A stretch of 64,000 nucleotides of DNA from Octopus vulgaris (GCA_951406725.2 OX597824.1:58652001-58716000), one strand, 5' to 3'. Positions 36,872 to 50,316 are shown, numbered from the stretch's first letter. Numbers and translations are program-made. The notes: generated from the sequence alone by a model not told the origin.

Positions 36872-38912
36872 TGTGTGTTTATGGCGTGTGTGTGTGTGTT
36901 TGTGGCGTGTGTGTGTGTGTAGGTTACTCTGTTTTTGTGTTTAAATGAACTGAAAATACATTAGTTTTAGTCTTTAGTACATGTATGGGTAACCGTTTTC
37001 GAGACGCAGGCTATAGGAGACATGATTCATCATCAGGCGGGCAGCATTACTAAAAGAATTCGGGGTAATTATTCATTAGCCGTAGCCCATGACTGCTTCG
37101 AATTATTATTTTGATACTTAGTGAGTCTTCTTTTCCCATTGTTTGTGCCCTTTATTTCAATAAAATAACATCCAGTATATCAATATGTTGCCCCTTTTCT
37201 CATATTTGTATTTGTTGTAACTGTTTAGTCTCAGGTCAGTTTTGAAGAAACAAGAATGACAATTGTATTCGACTTCTATTTTGTATGATTGTATCTGAGG
37301 CCATATTAAGCTAAGAAAATGTTTTACTGGACTATATGTTTCAATTTGTAGATTTGGCTGCCATTTCTGCCGTATCATATGACCAAGTAACGGATCCTCC
37401 ATTGCTTTTTCTATGGAATCAGTCAATAGTTTCATCTTCCTTTCTTCTTTCCTCCTATTATAATTCTGTCGAATCTTCCTCTCCCTCATCCTCATCACCT
37501 TTCTCTTCTTCCTCATTATAATCATAAGATAATTAATTGCATTTACATACGCACAAAGTGCATTACCTTTATTTACAAGGGCGCCACTGATCTAAATAAG
37601 TGTATTTGAAGAAATGTTGAAAGTATTTGAAAGCTGTTGAACTGAACTCTGACAAACAATAACACTTGAAGGAATTGGGGAAAAGAACATTTTATTTTGC
37701 AGCAATTAAAAAATATTACTTTATCTTAAAGGTCTGTTTGCCAGTAGTGCTTGATAGCGACCAATCAGAATAGCACGGGCGGGAAAATGTGTGCTTGTGC
37801 ATGTGTGTGTGTGTGTATTTGTGTGTGTATGTGTGTGTGAGCGTGCGCGTCTGTGTCTGCGTGTGTGTGAGCGCATGTGTGTATGCGTGTGTGTGTGTAC
37901 GTGCGTGCTTGTGTGTATGTATATGCGTGTGTTGCTGGATCGCCATCGTTACTCATTTTGCCCACTAAAGACGTTATGTTTTGAATTTTGAAAATTATCA
38001 AATTAGAATTAATGTGTGGGAAAACAATTGACTTAGAATCCAACAGAGAAAAGAATTTTGATTGTTAAACACCAAAAATTATCCACATATTTTATTGGCA
38101 ACCTCAATTACAGTCGAGTCAATGTTGAAAAATATCATTAAAAATATATCTGTCACCTATGTTTCAAAATCTCTCAACTTCAAGAACAACTATGACGACC
38201 ATATTTTACTCCTGAAAATGATGCAACAGTACGAAATGATATAATATTTGCAATGAAATGGTTTTAAATAGGCGGGGAGGAAAAAACAAAAAACTCAGAA
38301 ATTACTCATTTTCCTCCACTTACTTTTGCTTCCCACCACCTATTGAAAACTAATTATCATTGATTATAGATGCATGTTGGTATATAACATTTCTGACTTT
38401 TTATGAAAATTGATTCAATTATTTCACCATTCAGTAAAACCGCACGTGCGAGCTCGTATTGTCGTCACGAAACATTGCTCGCTAAAACTACATCCCTGAA
38501 CTATGAAATCCAAAGAAGAATATTTTGCGGAAATGCTCTTAATCTACCACAACACGCGATAATATGTAAAGTGACAAAATCGTTAGAGTGTAGAGGAAAG
38601 CCGTTCTGTCTTTAGTTATGGCAATTCACATCTGACCGTAACAAAAATATTCGGATATATTTAGCAAATCAGATTAACTAATGTGACCATTTATATTGAC
38701 AGAGTAAAGATTTCTCTGATAAACATGAGACGCTAAGATTAATAGATTAACATGCAACCGCAATATACACATGATAAAAAATAAAATAAAATTTATTTTA
38801 GGCAAATTTTCCTTTCGCTGGTTAGACACGAAAATCGAAAAATGGGTAAATCTCAGAAAACAATGCAGTATTAGTCGTGAGAGTGCATAAATATATATAT
38901 ATATATAAATAT

Positions 38913-39470
38913 ATATAAAAGTAAATAAATGGTACAACGGGGCACCGATATTTACTGGAAAATAGCAATCGTAATAAATACGACGCTATTGTATAGCTTC
39001 ACTGCGTATATACTAGCAAAGACGCGTGTGTGCAACAAACATGAAAAAATGTGTCTTACCTCTAAGAAGAATATCTGATAAATGGAAATCGGATAATGCA
39101 GGACCGGTTTCTGACTCTTCAAATACGTTTGACAACGTAGATTTGATTAGTCTTTATCAGCTGCATTTACCTAGACGAAATATCAAATGTTGCCACATCT
39201 ATACCAGTACACTCGTCTGAATGGCAAAACGTTAACAGAACGAGAATAGTGAAGAAGTTTCAATGAAAATAATAATTCAATACGAATGTATTACTTTCCA
39301 GTAAAAGATAGCCCATAAGGGTAAAATTATACATATAAAAGTAAATAAATGGTACTACGAGACACCGATATCTACTGGAAAATAGCAATCGTAATAAATA
39401 CGACGCTATTGTATAGCTTCACTGCGTATATACTAGCAAAGACGCGTGTGTGCAACAAACATGAAAAAAT
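38913..39470 (-). mobile_element. Retrozyme-like partial tandem repeat (period 420 bp) containing one hammerhead motif
   Basis: 138-bp direct repeats at 38913-39050 and 39333-39470 (4 mismatches) with a hammerhead between them; no ORF. Confidence 0.75.
39095..39167 (-). ncRNA. Type I hammerhead ribozyme with extended stem II (G8A core variant)
   Basis: AATGCAG-CTGATAA-A-GACT-AA-TCAAA-TC-TACGTT(GTCA)AACGTA-TTTGA-AG-AGTC-A-GAAA-CCGG-TC^CTGCATT; perfect 7-bp stem I; palindromic stem III ACCGGT. Confidence 0.78.
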
Positions 39471-39649
39471 TAAACCTTAATATTTCAAACAAATTTATTT
39501 TAATATGGGGTCTTTAGTGGGCAAAATGAGTAACGATGGCGATCCAGCAACACACGCATATACATACACACAAGCACGCATGTACACACACACGCATACA
39601 CACATGCGCTCACACACACGCAGACACAGACGCGCACGTTCACACACAC

Positions 39650-40190
39650 CATTGGCCTTTGGCAGCAATTACAGCTTGAATTCTATGAGATATGGACTCG
39701 TACAAATTTTGAATTGTTTCCAAAGGAACTTTTGTTCATTCTTCAGCTAAAACAGTCTCCAGTTCTTGTAGTGATGATGGTGGAGGATATCGACTCCTTA
39801 CTTGTTTTTCTAAATTGCACCATAAATGTTCAATGATATTGAGATCTGGGGACTGTGATGGCCAGATAAGATGTTCAACTCCACTAGAATGTTCCTCGTG
39901 CCATTCAGTAACAACTTTAGCTATGTGAATTATCATCCTGAAAGATTGCGTTTCCCCCCAGAAACAGTTCCGCAACCATAGGATGAATTTGATCAGATAA
40001 AATGCTTAAATAGTTTTGACTATTAATTCTGCCATGAAGGGAAACCATTGGGCTGGCGGATTTCCAAGATATAGCCCCGCCCCAGATCATCACAGATCCT
40101 CCTCCATGTTTAACAGTTGGAAGAAGGCAGTCTGGGTGAAATGCTTCTTTTGGCTGGCCCCACAGGTATACTCAGCCGATGGTCTAACAT
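39650..40190 (-). pseudogene. Tc1-like transposase catalytic-domain fragment
   Basis: PTVKHGGGSVMIW, AIFQDDN, WPSQSPDLNIIEHLW..LEKQV across frames. Confidence 0.9.
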
Positions 40191-40199
40191 AGTAGTTTT

Positions 40200-40700
40200 G
40201 TGAAATGAACAGAAGTGTGACCAGTATCTTATCATATATCAGGAAATTATACCCACCTTATTATGGATCAATTATGGATAGATTCATCGTCTGTGAGTAT
40301 GAAATATCTCCTCATATCTCCGGAAATTACACCTACATTATTATGGATGGATTTACCTTTTCTGTGAAGCTAACAAGCTTTTTTAAAACCTGTTATAAGA
40401 CTATGCATCATTAGAGAACTTTGGAAGTCTGCTTACAATCTAAATTTGCTTTTTATAGAACTATCTTCGATACTTCATGAGTGTAGCCTCACCCCCTATG
40501 ATGTTTGGAGTACTCATATGTATTTTGGCTGATGAGTACGGGACACTTGTATTTGTTGCTGCAATATTTGCAACTTTTAATAAAGCTGTTCTTCGTATGA
40601 AATAATTGTACTGAAAAACTAATCCATTCTTGTTGCTTTTTTCTAGTTTATAATCACCCCACATTATTTTATGGTTAATACCATATAGATTTCTGGCGCA
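40200..40700 (-). pseudogene. Possible decayed Penelope-like C-terminal remnant
   Basis: KSCKYCSNKYKCPV and IIGGEATLMKYRR resemble the CxC..CP and YIG.T..FK.R motifs of Penelope-like endonucleases; very degenerate. Confidence 0.35.
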
Positions 40701-40813
40701 TCTAAGTTAAGTACCGCATTCATGTGAATTCAATAGAACTCACTTGAATCTTAATTGCTTTTACTATATATACACATATATATTCATATACATATACATA
40801 ATTATCATACATC

Positions 40814-40850
<37 letters not shown>

Positions 40851-41932
40851 TTATATATTCATATACATATGCATATTTATCATACAGCTGCATATATATA
40901 TAGATACATACACACATATATACATATCAACCCAGCAGGAAAGTTGTAATATTGAGTAGGCAGAATTGAAACTCCATGTTTAATATACTTATGTACACTA
41001 GGTGTATTATGTGACGTGTGTGAATATAATATACAAACATACAGAATATATGTGTACTTACATATGTATATGTCTGTGTGTGTGATATACATATACGGCT
41101 AAACATATATATGATTATAATATATGTGTGTGTATGTATGTATGTTACTCCGTGTATGTATGTATATGTGTGTTACTCTGTGTGTGCGTGCGTGTGTATG
41201 CATACTTTACATTGCTGATGTGAGTGTACATGCTTTAAATTGACATCAATATTCGATGTTATTAAAAATATGATATGCTTCGGTTTGTTTTCATGCTGTG
41301 TTAGTTTTGGTAATTAACATATGCAAATTAACCTTACTATATATAAAATATGGTGCATTTTCTATGTGATTATAAGCTGCATTCTTTGTACATTGCAGCA
41401 AAGTAAATTGAAGTCTGAAGAGATGAAAATTTTATGAATTTTAAACTGCACTGAGATTGATACTCCGGCTGAGCTATCAATGTCTGCGAGTATAATCCCA
41501 TATTTTATTACAGAGAAGATCTTTACGCTTACACGCACACACACACATACACACACGTATATGTCCGTTTATTCCTGTATACATATGTGTGCGTGAGTTT
41601 TTATTCAACGGTGTCTGGAAACGCGTTATTTCTTACAACCAGAATACCGGTACGGTTAACGTTAGACAACGGTATTCGGCTTGGTGAAAATGTTGGATTC
41701 CTTTGAATTGGTTGTGCGATTGATCAGTTGAATAGTCAATTGCCCGGACACCAAATCTTTTGAAAAACGTCAACCAACATGTGGTTTTGCATTAAGTTTT
41801 CGTCACGTTTGATTGTTTTGTGTTTTGACAACCATCCGTAGGTACTCCTGCTTTAAAGCTAATCACGTAATTTGTCATGTCGTTGGCAGCGCATGTGAAC
41901 ATGTGTTTCATAATGTTGCTTGCCGTGATGTT

Positions 41933-43920
41933 GCATCTTTACCATCTCGTCTGGCAGCTTGTTCCACGGATCCGCAACCCGGACGGAGAAAGCTCCTCTC
42001 CTTCGATTGAGATGAAATCGTCGCAGGTAGAGCTTTTCGGAATGACCCCGCAGCCGACGCTCTGGAGCAGGAGTGAAGAGCAGCTCTTTCGAGAGGTTAC
42101 ACTTTCCGCTTATGATGTTGTGGGCGAGAATGAAATCACCACGGCAGCGGCGTTTTTCAAGAGAATAAAGGTCGAGCGCCCTCAGCCTTTCTTCGTAGGA
42201 CAAATTTTTGAGACCATGAACCATGCGGGTAGCCAGCTTCTGGACTCTTTCGAGATGCTGTATGTCTTTGAGGAGATAAGGAGAAGAGGCTTGAATCCCA
42301 TACTCCAATATGGGTCTCACCAGCGTGACATAGAGTGGAAGGAATATGGCTGCTGTGAGCATTCCCAATGACCGTCGAATCATGAACAGAATTCCGCGTG
42401 CTTTGTTGGCAGCATGGACGCACTGGGCCGAAGGCGAAAAGGAGGAATCCACCAAGATACCCAGGTCCTTTACCTGATCGGTCCTCTCCAGCAGCAGACG
42501 ACCCGGCTCGAAATCAAGTTGAGTTGCAGGAGTAGAGCCGACAGGCAGATGACAGCACTTTGACACGTTCAGACACAGGTCCCAATCGTTAGACCACTTC
42601 CAAATTTGGTGGAGGCATCGACGAAGATCCTCTATATTACCGCGAGGAGCGACCAGTTTGATATCGTCGGCAAATAGAAGGGTGTGTTGCGTGAGGTCGT
42701 CGGGAAAGTCATTTATGAAGACTAAGAACAACAAGGGCCCAAGCACTGAACCTTGAGGCACGCCACTGCTCGCACTGGAGACGTCGGACCGCGAACCATT
42801 AACTTGGACTTGGAAGGAGCGATCTGAGAGGAAGGCACCAACCCATCGTACAATATCCGGATGGAAACTATATGCTTGAAGCTTGACAAGTAATAGGCGG
42901 TGGTTTACCGAGTCAAAAGCTTTGGCAAAGTCCAATAGAACGATGTCAACAGCATCACTATCATCGAGGATGCGCGTCACCAATTCTTCCATTACTAGTA
43001 AGTTGGTCAAGCATGATCTCTTCGGCACGAAGCCGTGTTAGGAATCAGAGATAGAGGCTGTGTTTAGGAGGTGGAGCATCATACTTTTCTTAAGGATGGT
43101 TTCGAGCATCTTGCTGATTATTGATGTAAGGGAAACCGGTCGGTAGTTAAGCGGGTCTTCGCGGCTCCCTTTCTTGAAAATTGGGCAGATTATCGCTGTT
43201 CTCCAGTCTGCAGGTATAACACCCGTCGCCAATGACATATTGAATAGTCGTGTTAAGGGCTCGCAGATGACTGGAGCCAACGCTTTGATAACCCGTGGGT
43301 GTATGCCGTCAGGGCCGTGACCCTTGTTGACATCGAGGCCCTGAATAACACGTTTGACTTCGTCCCGCGTGATGACCAATCGAAGCATTGGAGGTACCGA
43401 TCTATCAAATAGAGGGGGTTCACGACCATCATCTTGTTTGAAAATAGTTGAAAAAGCCTCGGCAAATAATTGACTCTGTTGATAAGGGTCCTCAATCGAT
43501 ACGCCTGTTGAGTCTACCAACGTTGCAATCTGGTTGTTTAAGCGGGAATTCCGCTGGACATGGGCAAAGAAGGTTTTTGGATTGCTACTGGCATTTGCCG
43601 CGATTTTGTATTCATAACTGAAGCGTTCTTTCTTTTCAATTTTCACGGCTCGGTCTTGTTGAGTTTTGTACACCTCAAAAGCTGCAGTCGAATCCAGATT
43701 TTTGAATTCAGCCCAAGCAATATCTCTGAGTCGACGTTCTCGTTTAACCTTCTTCGCCACCCAGGGCTTGTGTTTCTTCCCCCTGGGAAGCCCAACGGGA
43801 ACTGCCTGGTCGGTCAAACAGATTACATATGCTTTGAGGGATGACCATAGTTCGTCAACTGAGGACAACGTCATCAGGGATCGCCAGTCCAGAAGCGCGG
43901 AAGCCTCGGTTAGAATTTCA
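41933..43920 (-). mobile_element. CR1/L2/Jockey-group LINE ORF2 (RT), truncated at both ends, one premature TAA at 43038-43040
   Basis: ORFs 43038-43874 and 41859-43028 are in the same frame: GPDGIHPRV, NYRPVSLTS, LDFAKAFDSV, GVPQGSVLGPLLFL, FADDIKL, KDLG, RLRGH...FSVRVADPWNKLP. Confidence 0.95.
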
Positions 43921-43934
43921 AGATTAATTGCAGA

Positions 43935-44347
43935 TATATGTTAAGTATATGCGGCTAATGAAATTTATTATAATAGAGCTGCTACTATTCCATATTTGAA
44001 TTCATTCTTATGTATGCACTTGCCGAGCATACCTCTACATGGTTTTGCATGCCATGAACATATTAGTCGTGGACTAGCTAGGTCATTCGCCTCCGATAAT
44101 GTCGGGTACGTAAAGTTGACAAGCCACAACAATGGCGATACATCGATGTCGATTAATCGTAGATGATGGGATTGAAGGTGAGTTAGCTCGCCTGTCCATG
44201 ACTCTGAGGTATATTAGTACACGGAGCTTCGAGAGAGTACATACTCCACCGCACCAATAGCAGCCCATCGGCAAATATACGAAGCATATACGTTAAGTAT
44301 AAGTGGTTAATGATATTTATAATACTAGAGCTGATTTAATTTCATAT
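43935..44347 (+). mobile_element. Decayed retrozyme-like unit (period approx. 352 bp)
   Basis: Approx. 60-bp direct repeats anchored by GTTAAGTATA at 43940 and 44292; hammerhead-like motif and long flanking stems between them. Confidence 0.55.
44108..44160 (+). ncRNA. Degenerate type I hammerhead-like motif
   Basis: TTGACAA-GCCA(CAACAA)TGGC-GATA-CATCGATG-TC; three core substitutions from CTGACGA/GAAA; palindromic stem III. Confidence 0.5.
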
Positions 44348-44559
44348 ATATATATATATATAGATATATATATATATATATATATGACTAAGTTCTATAT
44401 GACTAAGTTTTATAATTTCAATTCATCTTTATTCCATTAAACTATGAAACCTATCATATCTGTCAAACATATTAAAAGAAGCAATAACTTGTAAGATCAT
44501 TTCGATTATATTTGAGTGTACAGTTTTGATTAAACGGTGGCAGTTGAAAAGTTCTTCAA

Positions 44560-44970
44560 ATGCCTTACTTGTGTTTGATATACTAATAATGTTCTCAAAT
44601 ATGATGACTTGAACTATGGAATTTCCACAGGACCCGCTACCTCTTCTTCTTCTTTATTGCAGCTCCTATTTGTTCCATGTATTTCTCAAGATTTTTATTC
44701 ATTGTTCCCAGGGCTCCGACAATTATTGGTACTACTACCACCTTTTTCAGCGACCACAACTGCTTAACCTCTCAGGCTAACCTGTCATATCTATAGACTT
44801 TTCTTTCTTCCTTATCGCATACCTTGTTGTCAGCTGGGCATGATATATCTATGATCCAGCATTGTTTGCTTTCTTTCTCAATTAACACTATGTCTGGCTT
44901 CCTATTCTCTATCTCATGGTAATAAAATTCTATAGGATCTTTGCATTATCCTTTTCGATGATGCTTTCGG
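44560..44970 (-). mobile_element. R4/Dong-type RLE-domain fragment, 5' end adjacent to (CAA)n(TAA)n
   Basis: ENRKPDIVLIEKESKQCWIIDISCPADNKVCDKEERKV.RYDRL..EVKQLWSLKKVVVVPIIVGALG (PD..D motif). Confidence 0.88.
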
Positions 44971-44998
44971 GTTTATGTTGTTGTTGTTGTTGTTGTTG

Positions 44999-45079
<81 letters not shown>

Positions 45080-46165
45080 GCAGAGAGTTGGCACAATCGT
45101 TAACACAATGGGCAAAATACTTAGCGATATTTCATCTGGCTTTTCCACTGAGGTTAACTTTACTTTTCGCCTTTTGGCAGAAACGTTAGAGGTTCGAACA
45201 AAATGCAAAGTAGCATTTTTACCGACGCTTTTGGTCTTGTGCTAAAGTTAGAAAGGGTTATTGACATTGTTGTTATTTCATATATTTGTCACTGCTTCTT
45301 CATAATAGTATATCGTATTTACATAACTATGCGTGTCTTTGTATGGATATGAGTATGTGTCATTCGGTCGTAAAAGCCTGCATTTATCTTTGTAACCACC
45401 AAGTTTTGTTTTATTGTTTGGGTGTGGTTAAATCAATATTTTCGCATGTAACCTGGAAATATAATCCTTGGCCTATGGATCAAATTCCATCGATAACCTA
45501 AATGTATTCTGTTACATTACATTATCTGTATCATTACTTACTTTTTATAACTTTGAAAATCGATTTATGAAAAACAAATAATTCGTGTTCAGTTAGAATT
45601 ATCCATTCCACATTAGGAAAACTTATTTATTTAGATTGCCTGACAAAATTGAAATGATCTTCTACTACCATTTTATGCACTGAATGTCAGAAAGTGCTAT
45701 TTTGTGCTTAAAATAGTGGACGAGTGCTATAAATTGTGGTGTTGATGAATCCTTTCTTCAATATAGCGTCTATCGTTTTTTTTTTTGTTTGTTTCAGTTA
45801 CCATTTCTTTAGTACCTTCACTCTCTTAATATATATGGTGATCGCCAGTAAATTGCAAGTGCACGTGTGTGTGTGTGTGTGTGTGCGTGTGTGTGTGTCT
45901 ACTCGTTATACGATATGAGGATGATACTCATTGGTATCATAATAAGAATAGCATTTAAAATTTTTGTTTATTGTTTTAAATTTATTAGAAAATATTTGTA
46001 ATAAAGCCACCTATAATCCATGATCGAAAATGGATCACGCATGTGCGTGCATACACACACACATACACACACACACATATACACTTATACTCACACTCGT
46101 ACACACACATACTCACGCAAAGATATGTATATATCATATAAGTAACAAAGATGTCTAGGTATCAG

Positions 46166-46252
46166 TGCGTTACGGCCGTTTCAAGCGGCTCCATTTAATC
46201 GACTAATGAAAACATTACATCAATTTGAAATAATCCGCTCTCATCGGAAGCA
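46166..46252 (-). ncRNA. Hammerhead-like motif with a 46-nt loop II
   Basis: TGCTT-CCGATGA-GAGCGG(46 nt)CCGCTT-GAAA-CGGCCG-TA^ACGCA; palindromic ACGGCCGT; U4C variant. Confidence 0.62.
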
Positions 46253-47295
46253 GATGACTATATAGATTCCCAACGTAAGGATATACCATTATAATTTTTT
46301 AGCAACTTTCTCATCAGTATTAGAGACTAAATTTATTACATTGCTTCTCTTTGCTAATTTTTGTGGCAGAATGAATTTAGGGGAAAAATACTTAAAGTCT
46401 ACTATGATTTAGACTGGCAGAAGAAAATAATGGGGGTGAGGAAAGAGAGATGGTGATATAGCAACATTCATCTTTATCCTTATCTCATTCAAAAGATTCA
46501 ATGCAGCATGTAGTCCACAACCCCTTAGAATTAAACCCATTAGGAATTGACAGTTAAGTTCTTGGTGGTGATAGATTAATTAATTTCAGATACACTCCCC
46601 TCCCCCTAAATTACTGGGACCATAAAACCAGCCATATCTATATAAATGAATATGTCTCAGAAGTTGCTAGTAAGATAATGATATATAGAGAAGAGGTGAT
46701 AACCAGAAAGAAGAAGGACAGGGGCGACTTAACATATTATGATTATAAATAATAGGGGCCTAAAATGGAAGGCAAAACTGGTCACAATTAGATCTAAGTG
46801 TGGGAATTAAAAGTACGGGAAAAGATATGTATCTAAACTTTATTAAAATGTTAAAATGTAGAAAAGGATTTAAGAATCAAGTAAGAGAAGAACGATAGAT
46901 ATATCAGCCTAAGCCATATTAGTCGAGTGCTTTTATATATAAGAGAAACCTCATAATGCTTCTTCCTAGCATAATGCTAAGGTGATCATGCAAAAACTAT
47001 TCAATGATGAATCTATTATTTAATTCAGATATCATCCCAGTAGGGGTACCCATTTTCTATTGAATCAAAACCAAAGATTAAAGGACCAAAAATAAATATC
47101 TATATCAGTTACTCTAAATTAAAAACTTTGCAAAAATATATTTATATAAAAATTACCCACACAAGGAAAAAATCTGAAAGGATATAAGAAGGTATAAAAA
47201 ATACCACATATATATATACATTAAAAATATCATATATATATATGTGGTGGGGTGTATGTATGTATGCATGTGTATATGTGTATATATGTATATGT

Positions 47296-47344
<49 letters not shown>

Positions 47345-48838
47345 AGTATGCACACACACAATGACACACCTCCCCACAAATTCTAGACACACTCACACAA
47401 ACACCCACACGTATACACACACATGTGCACACATACACACACAAACGCATACTCAGTACCAACATGCACAGAACGTACACGCACACATATACACACCACC
47501 CAGATAAATCCAACACACCCGGACACACAGAGAACCGCTGGTAAATACAACACACTCCCACACACATACATATGCACCCTCAAACACATAGGCTGCTCAC
47601 ACACACACATCACCACCATGACAATTATAACAACACAAACATACACAGAGAGACACACACTCACATACATACACACTCACGTACACACACTCACGTACAC
47701 ACACACTCATGTACACAAACACTCATGTACACACACAAAACACTCAAGCATACACAAGCACACACACAGACTCTCACATACACACACGCATACAAACACA
47801 TATACACACATGTGCACACACAACACCCTGACAAATACTAATCACACGCATACATACACACCACCAGGACAATTATAACAACGCGTACATACACAGACAG
47901 AGACACACACACTCACGGACACACACAACATCCACACCAACGCAAAACACACAAACATACACACGCATACAGACGCACACATACACAAAAGCGAACAAAC
48001 ACATCCACACACATGCGCACACACAACACCCTGACAAATACTAATCACAGACACACACACACACACAAACGTGCACACATGCACACACACCATCCTATCA
48101 AATATAAAACACAAATACATGTATATACTCATACACATAGAGACGTGCACAGAGACACATACACTCACACCATTCTGACCTTTAAGACCAGTCCCCAAAA
48201 CCATTGAACCATGACAGACTAGCCCAGAAACAAAAAAAATCCTTTTGTTTCCACATTACTCTTCCTTCCCCCCAACCAATATCCCACGCTGTCCCTTAAA
48301 ATAGCAAACATTTTTACTCAAAGTTTAATGCTGCCCACCTTTGGATTAAAGTAAAGTGGTTATAACAACATCATATTTAAAGATTGCTGGAAAATGTTTA
48401 TGGAGAAAAAGCATTTAGCAGTGATAGGGTGACAACGGGAGATGACTAAACGAGGGGAATAATGAATATATTGCATTGCATAACTGTGAGCTAAAATTAA
48501 ATGTACCCAAAGAAAAAAAATTAAAATTCATAAGAAGTTTTTTAAATTATGGAGAAGATTTATAAACAAACTGTCTATTATAAAATAACAAAATATCAAT
48601 GCATTGCTAGCTCTATCAGTTCATAAAGAATACTTCATTAAAAAGAAATTGCTATAAAAGTGAAAGAGCGAGGTGAAAAGTCATGGGAGAGAGAAATGGG
48701 TAGAGAGATGAAAAGAGGAGAAAGAACATTTTATCTACTAGGCTTGCTGAGCTGTGAATTTCTAAAATTTGGCGAAAAGAAAACCACACAGAAGCATTTA
48801 GAACACGCCTTGAGTAAAGCAGACACACATGAACGCAT

Positions 48839-48839
<1 letters not shown>

Positions 48840-48920
<81 letters not shown>
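48840..48920 (+). repeat. Pure (CA)n microsatellite
   Basis: Read directly from the sequence. Confidence 0.97.
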
Positions 48921-48925
<5 letters not shown>

Positions 48926-50264
48926 TACGCACAAACAGACAGGCAATCACACACACATACACACAAACGCACTTACACGCACACACTTTCATATAAAACA
49001 AAATTACAAGGAAGTCTTAATACAAAGCTCTAATAATCAAGACATCACTCAAATATTGAAATGTCTAATATCGAGGACTCTATAAAGTTATAAAAGATCT
49101 AAATTGATGATATTTTAGTATAAGGATAGAAAGAGATCAGCAATTTATGACACTGAGACTAATATAACAATCAGTGACAATGTCTAAACTGGTAGTTTAA
49201 CATTGAAAAGAATGATGACGGACAGTCAAAATAGTACAATTTCAACACCATCTCCTTTTCAGCATGGGTGTGTGTGTGTTTGTGTGTGTGAGGTGTATTT
49301 GTGTATGCGTGTGGCAGAGAGGTTGTTGATGATCCTTTTAGTAGCAAGGATGGCAGAGTTGTCCTAAAAGCGGATAAGTATTTCTCGCTCGAGCACAGTA
49401 GACACTTCAGTGAATTACGTTAAGAACCGTTCCTGTGAGGAACCAATTTATATTAAAGGGATTTGAGACAGATTTTATCAAATGACAAGTATACAGTTTT
49501 CATCAATTTCCTCATGTGGAAAGAGCAGTTCCCGTGGGAGGGTGGATGTGCTCAATCTAGAGGTTTGGCCCGAATGCTTACAATTCAAGTTGTGATGTTA
49601 AAACGTGTGACAAATTAAGTCAGTCGTCCCAATAATCCACAGAAGGATTTGATCTCAGAATGTTTTTATCGCTCGCCCGTTTTTGCCAGTTCGCCGCTCT
49701 AAAATGGTATTTGTTTATCAACTTCAGATGGATTGAAGGTAGATTAACTTTGGTACGATTTGAACTCAGAACGCAAGGGACCGGAGTAAATACGGCAAAG
49801 CAATTCATCCGACAATCTAACAACTCTACCAATTCACTACCATTTTGGCCAAGCTTGTTGAAAATTTATTCTGTATGCGTGAAAGAATAGTGTGCAAGTA
49901 TAGTTCTGTTTTAAAAGCGTTTTCTGTTAATCATGTTTATATTTAAAAGATTAAGTTGATTTAAATTCCTAATCTTTTTACTTTGCATTTATGCGCAAGT
50001 ATATATGTGTGAGTCTGTGTGTGTATAAAGTGAAAGAGATGATCAGAAGAGATATAAAGAGAAAAAATTATAGAGGAGTGAGAGATCGGGAGAATGAGAG
50101 CAAGTGAAGTATACTAACACATGTAAATGTTCAGTGTCAACAAAAGTGGTTCACTGAAACATGAAGAGCAAACGGAAAGAGAAAATTTTAACAAATGGAA
50201 GGTGAGACAGACTACTTGTGTGTGTGTGCATGTATGTACGTGCAAACAGATATGTGTGAGTGCA

Positions 50265-50316
<52 letters not shown>

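Larger units (their letters stand above)
37831..39649. repeat. Near-identical approx. 140-bp inverted repeats (37831-37972 and 39510-39649) enclosing about 1.54 kb
   Basis: GTCTTTAGTGGGCAAAATGAGTAACGATGGCGATCCAGCA plus the same interrupted CA pattern; two substitutions and one 2-bp indel by eye. Confidence 0.92.

Noticed and set aside
36965-37045. Minus-strand CTGATGA...GAAA hammerhead candidate
   Set aside because: No convincing stem II or stem I could be formed by eye.
41877-42371. Plus-strand 164-aa ORF
   Set aside because: Antisense shadow of the LINE RT.
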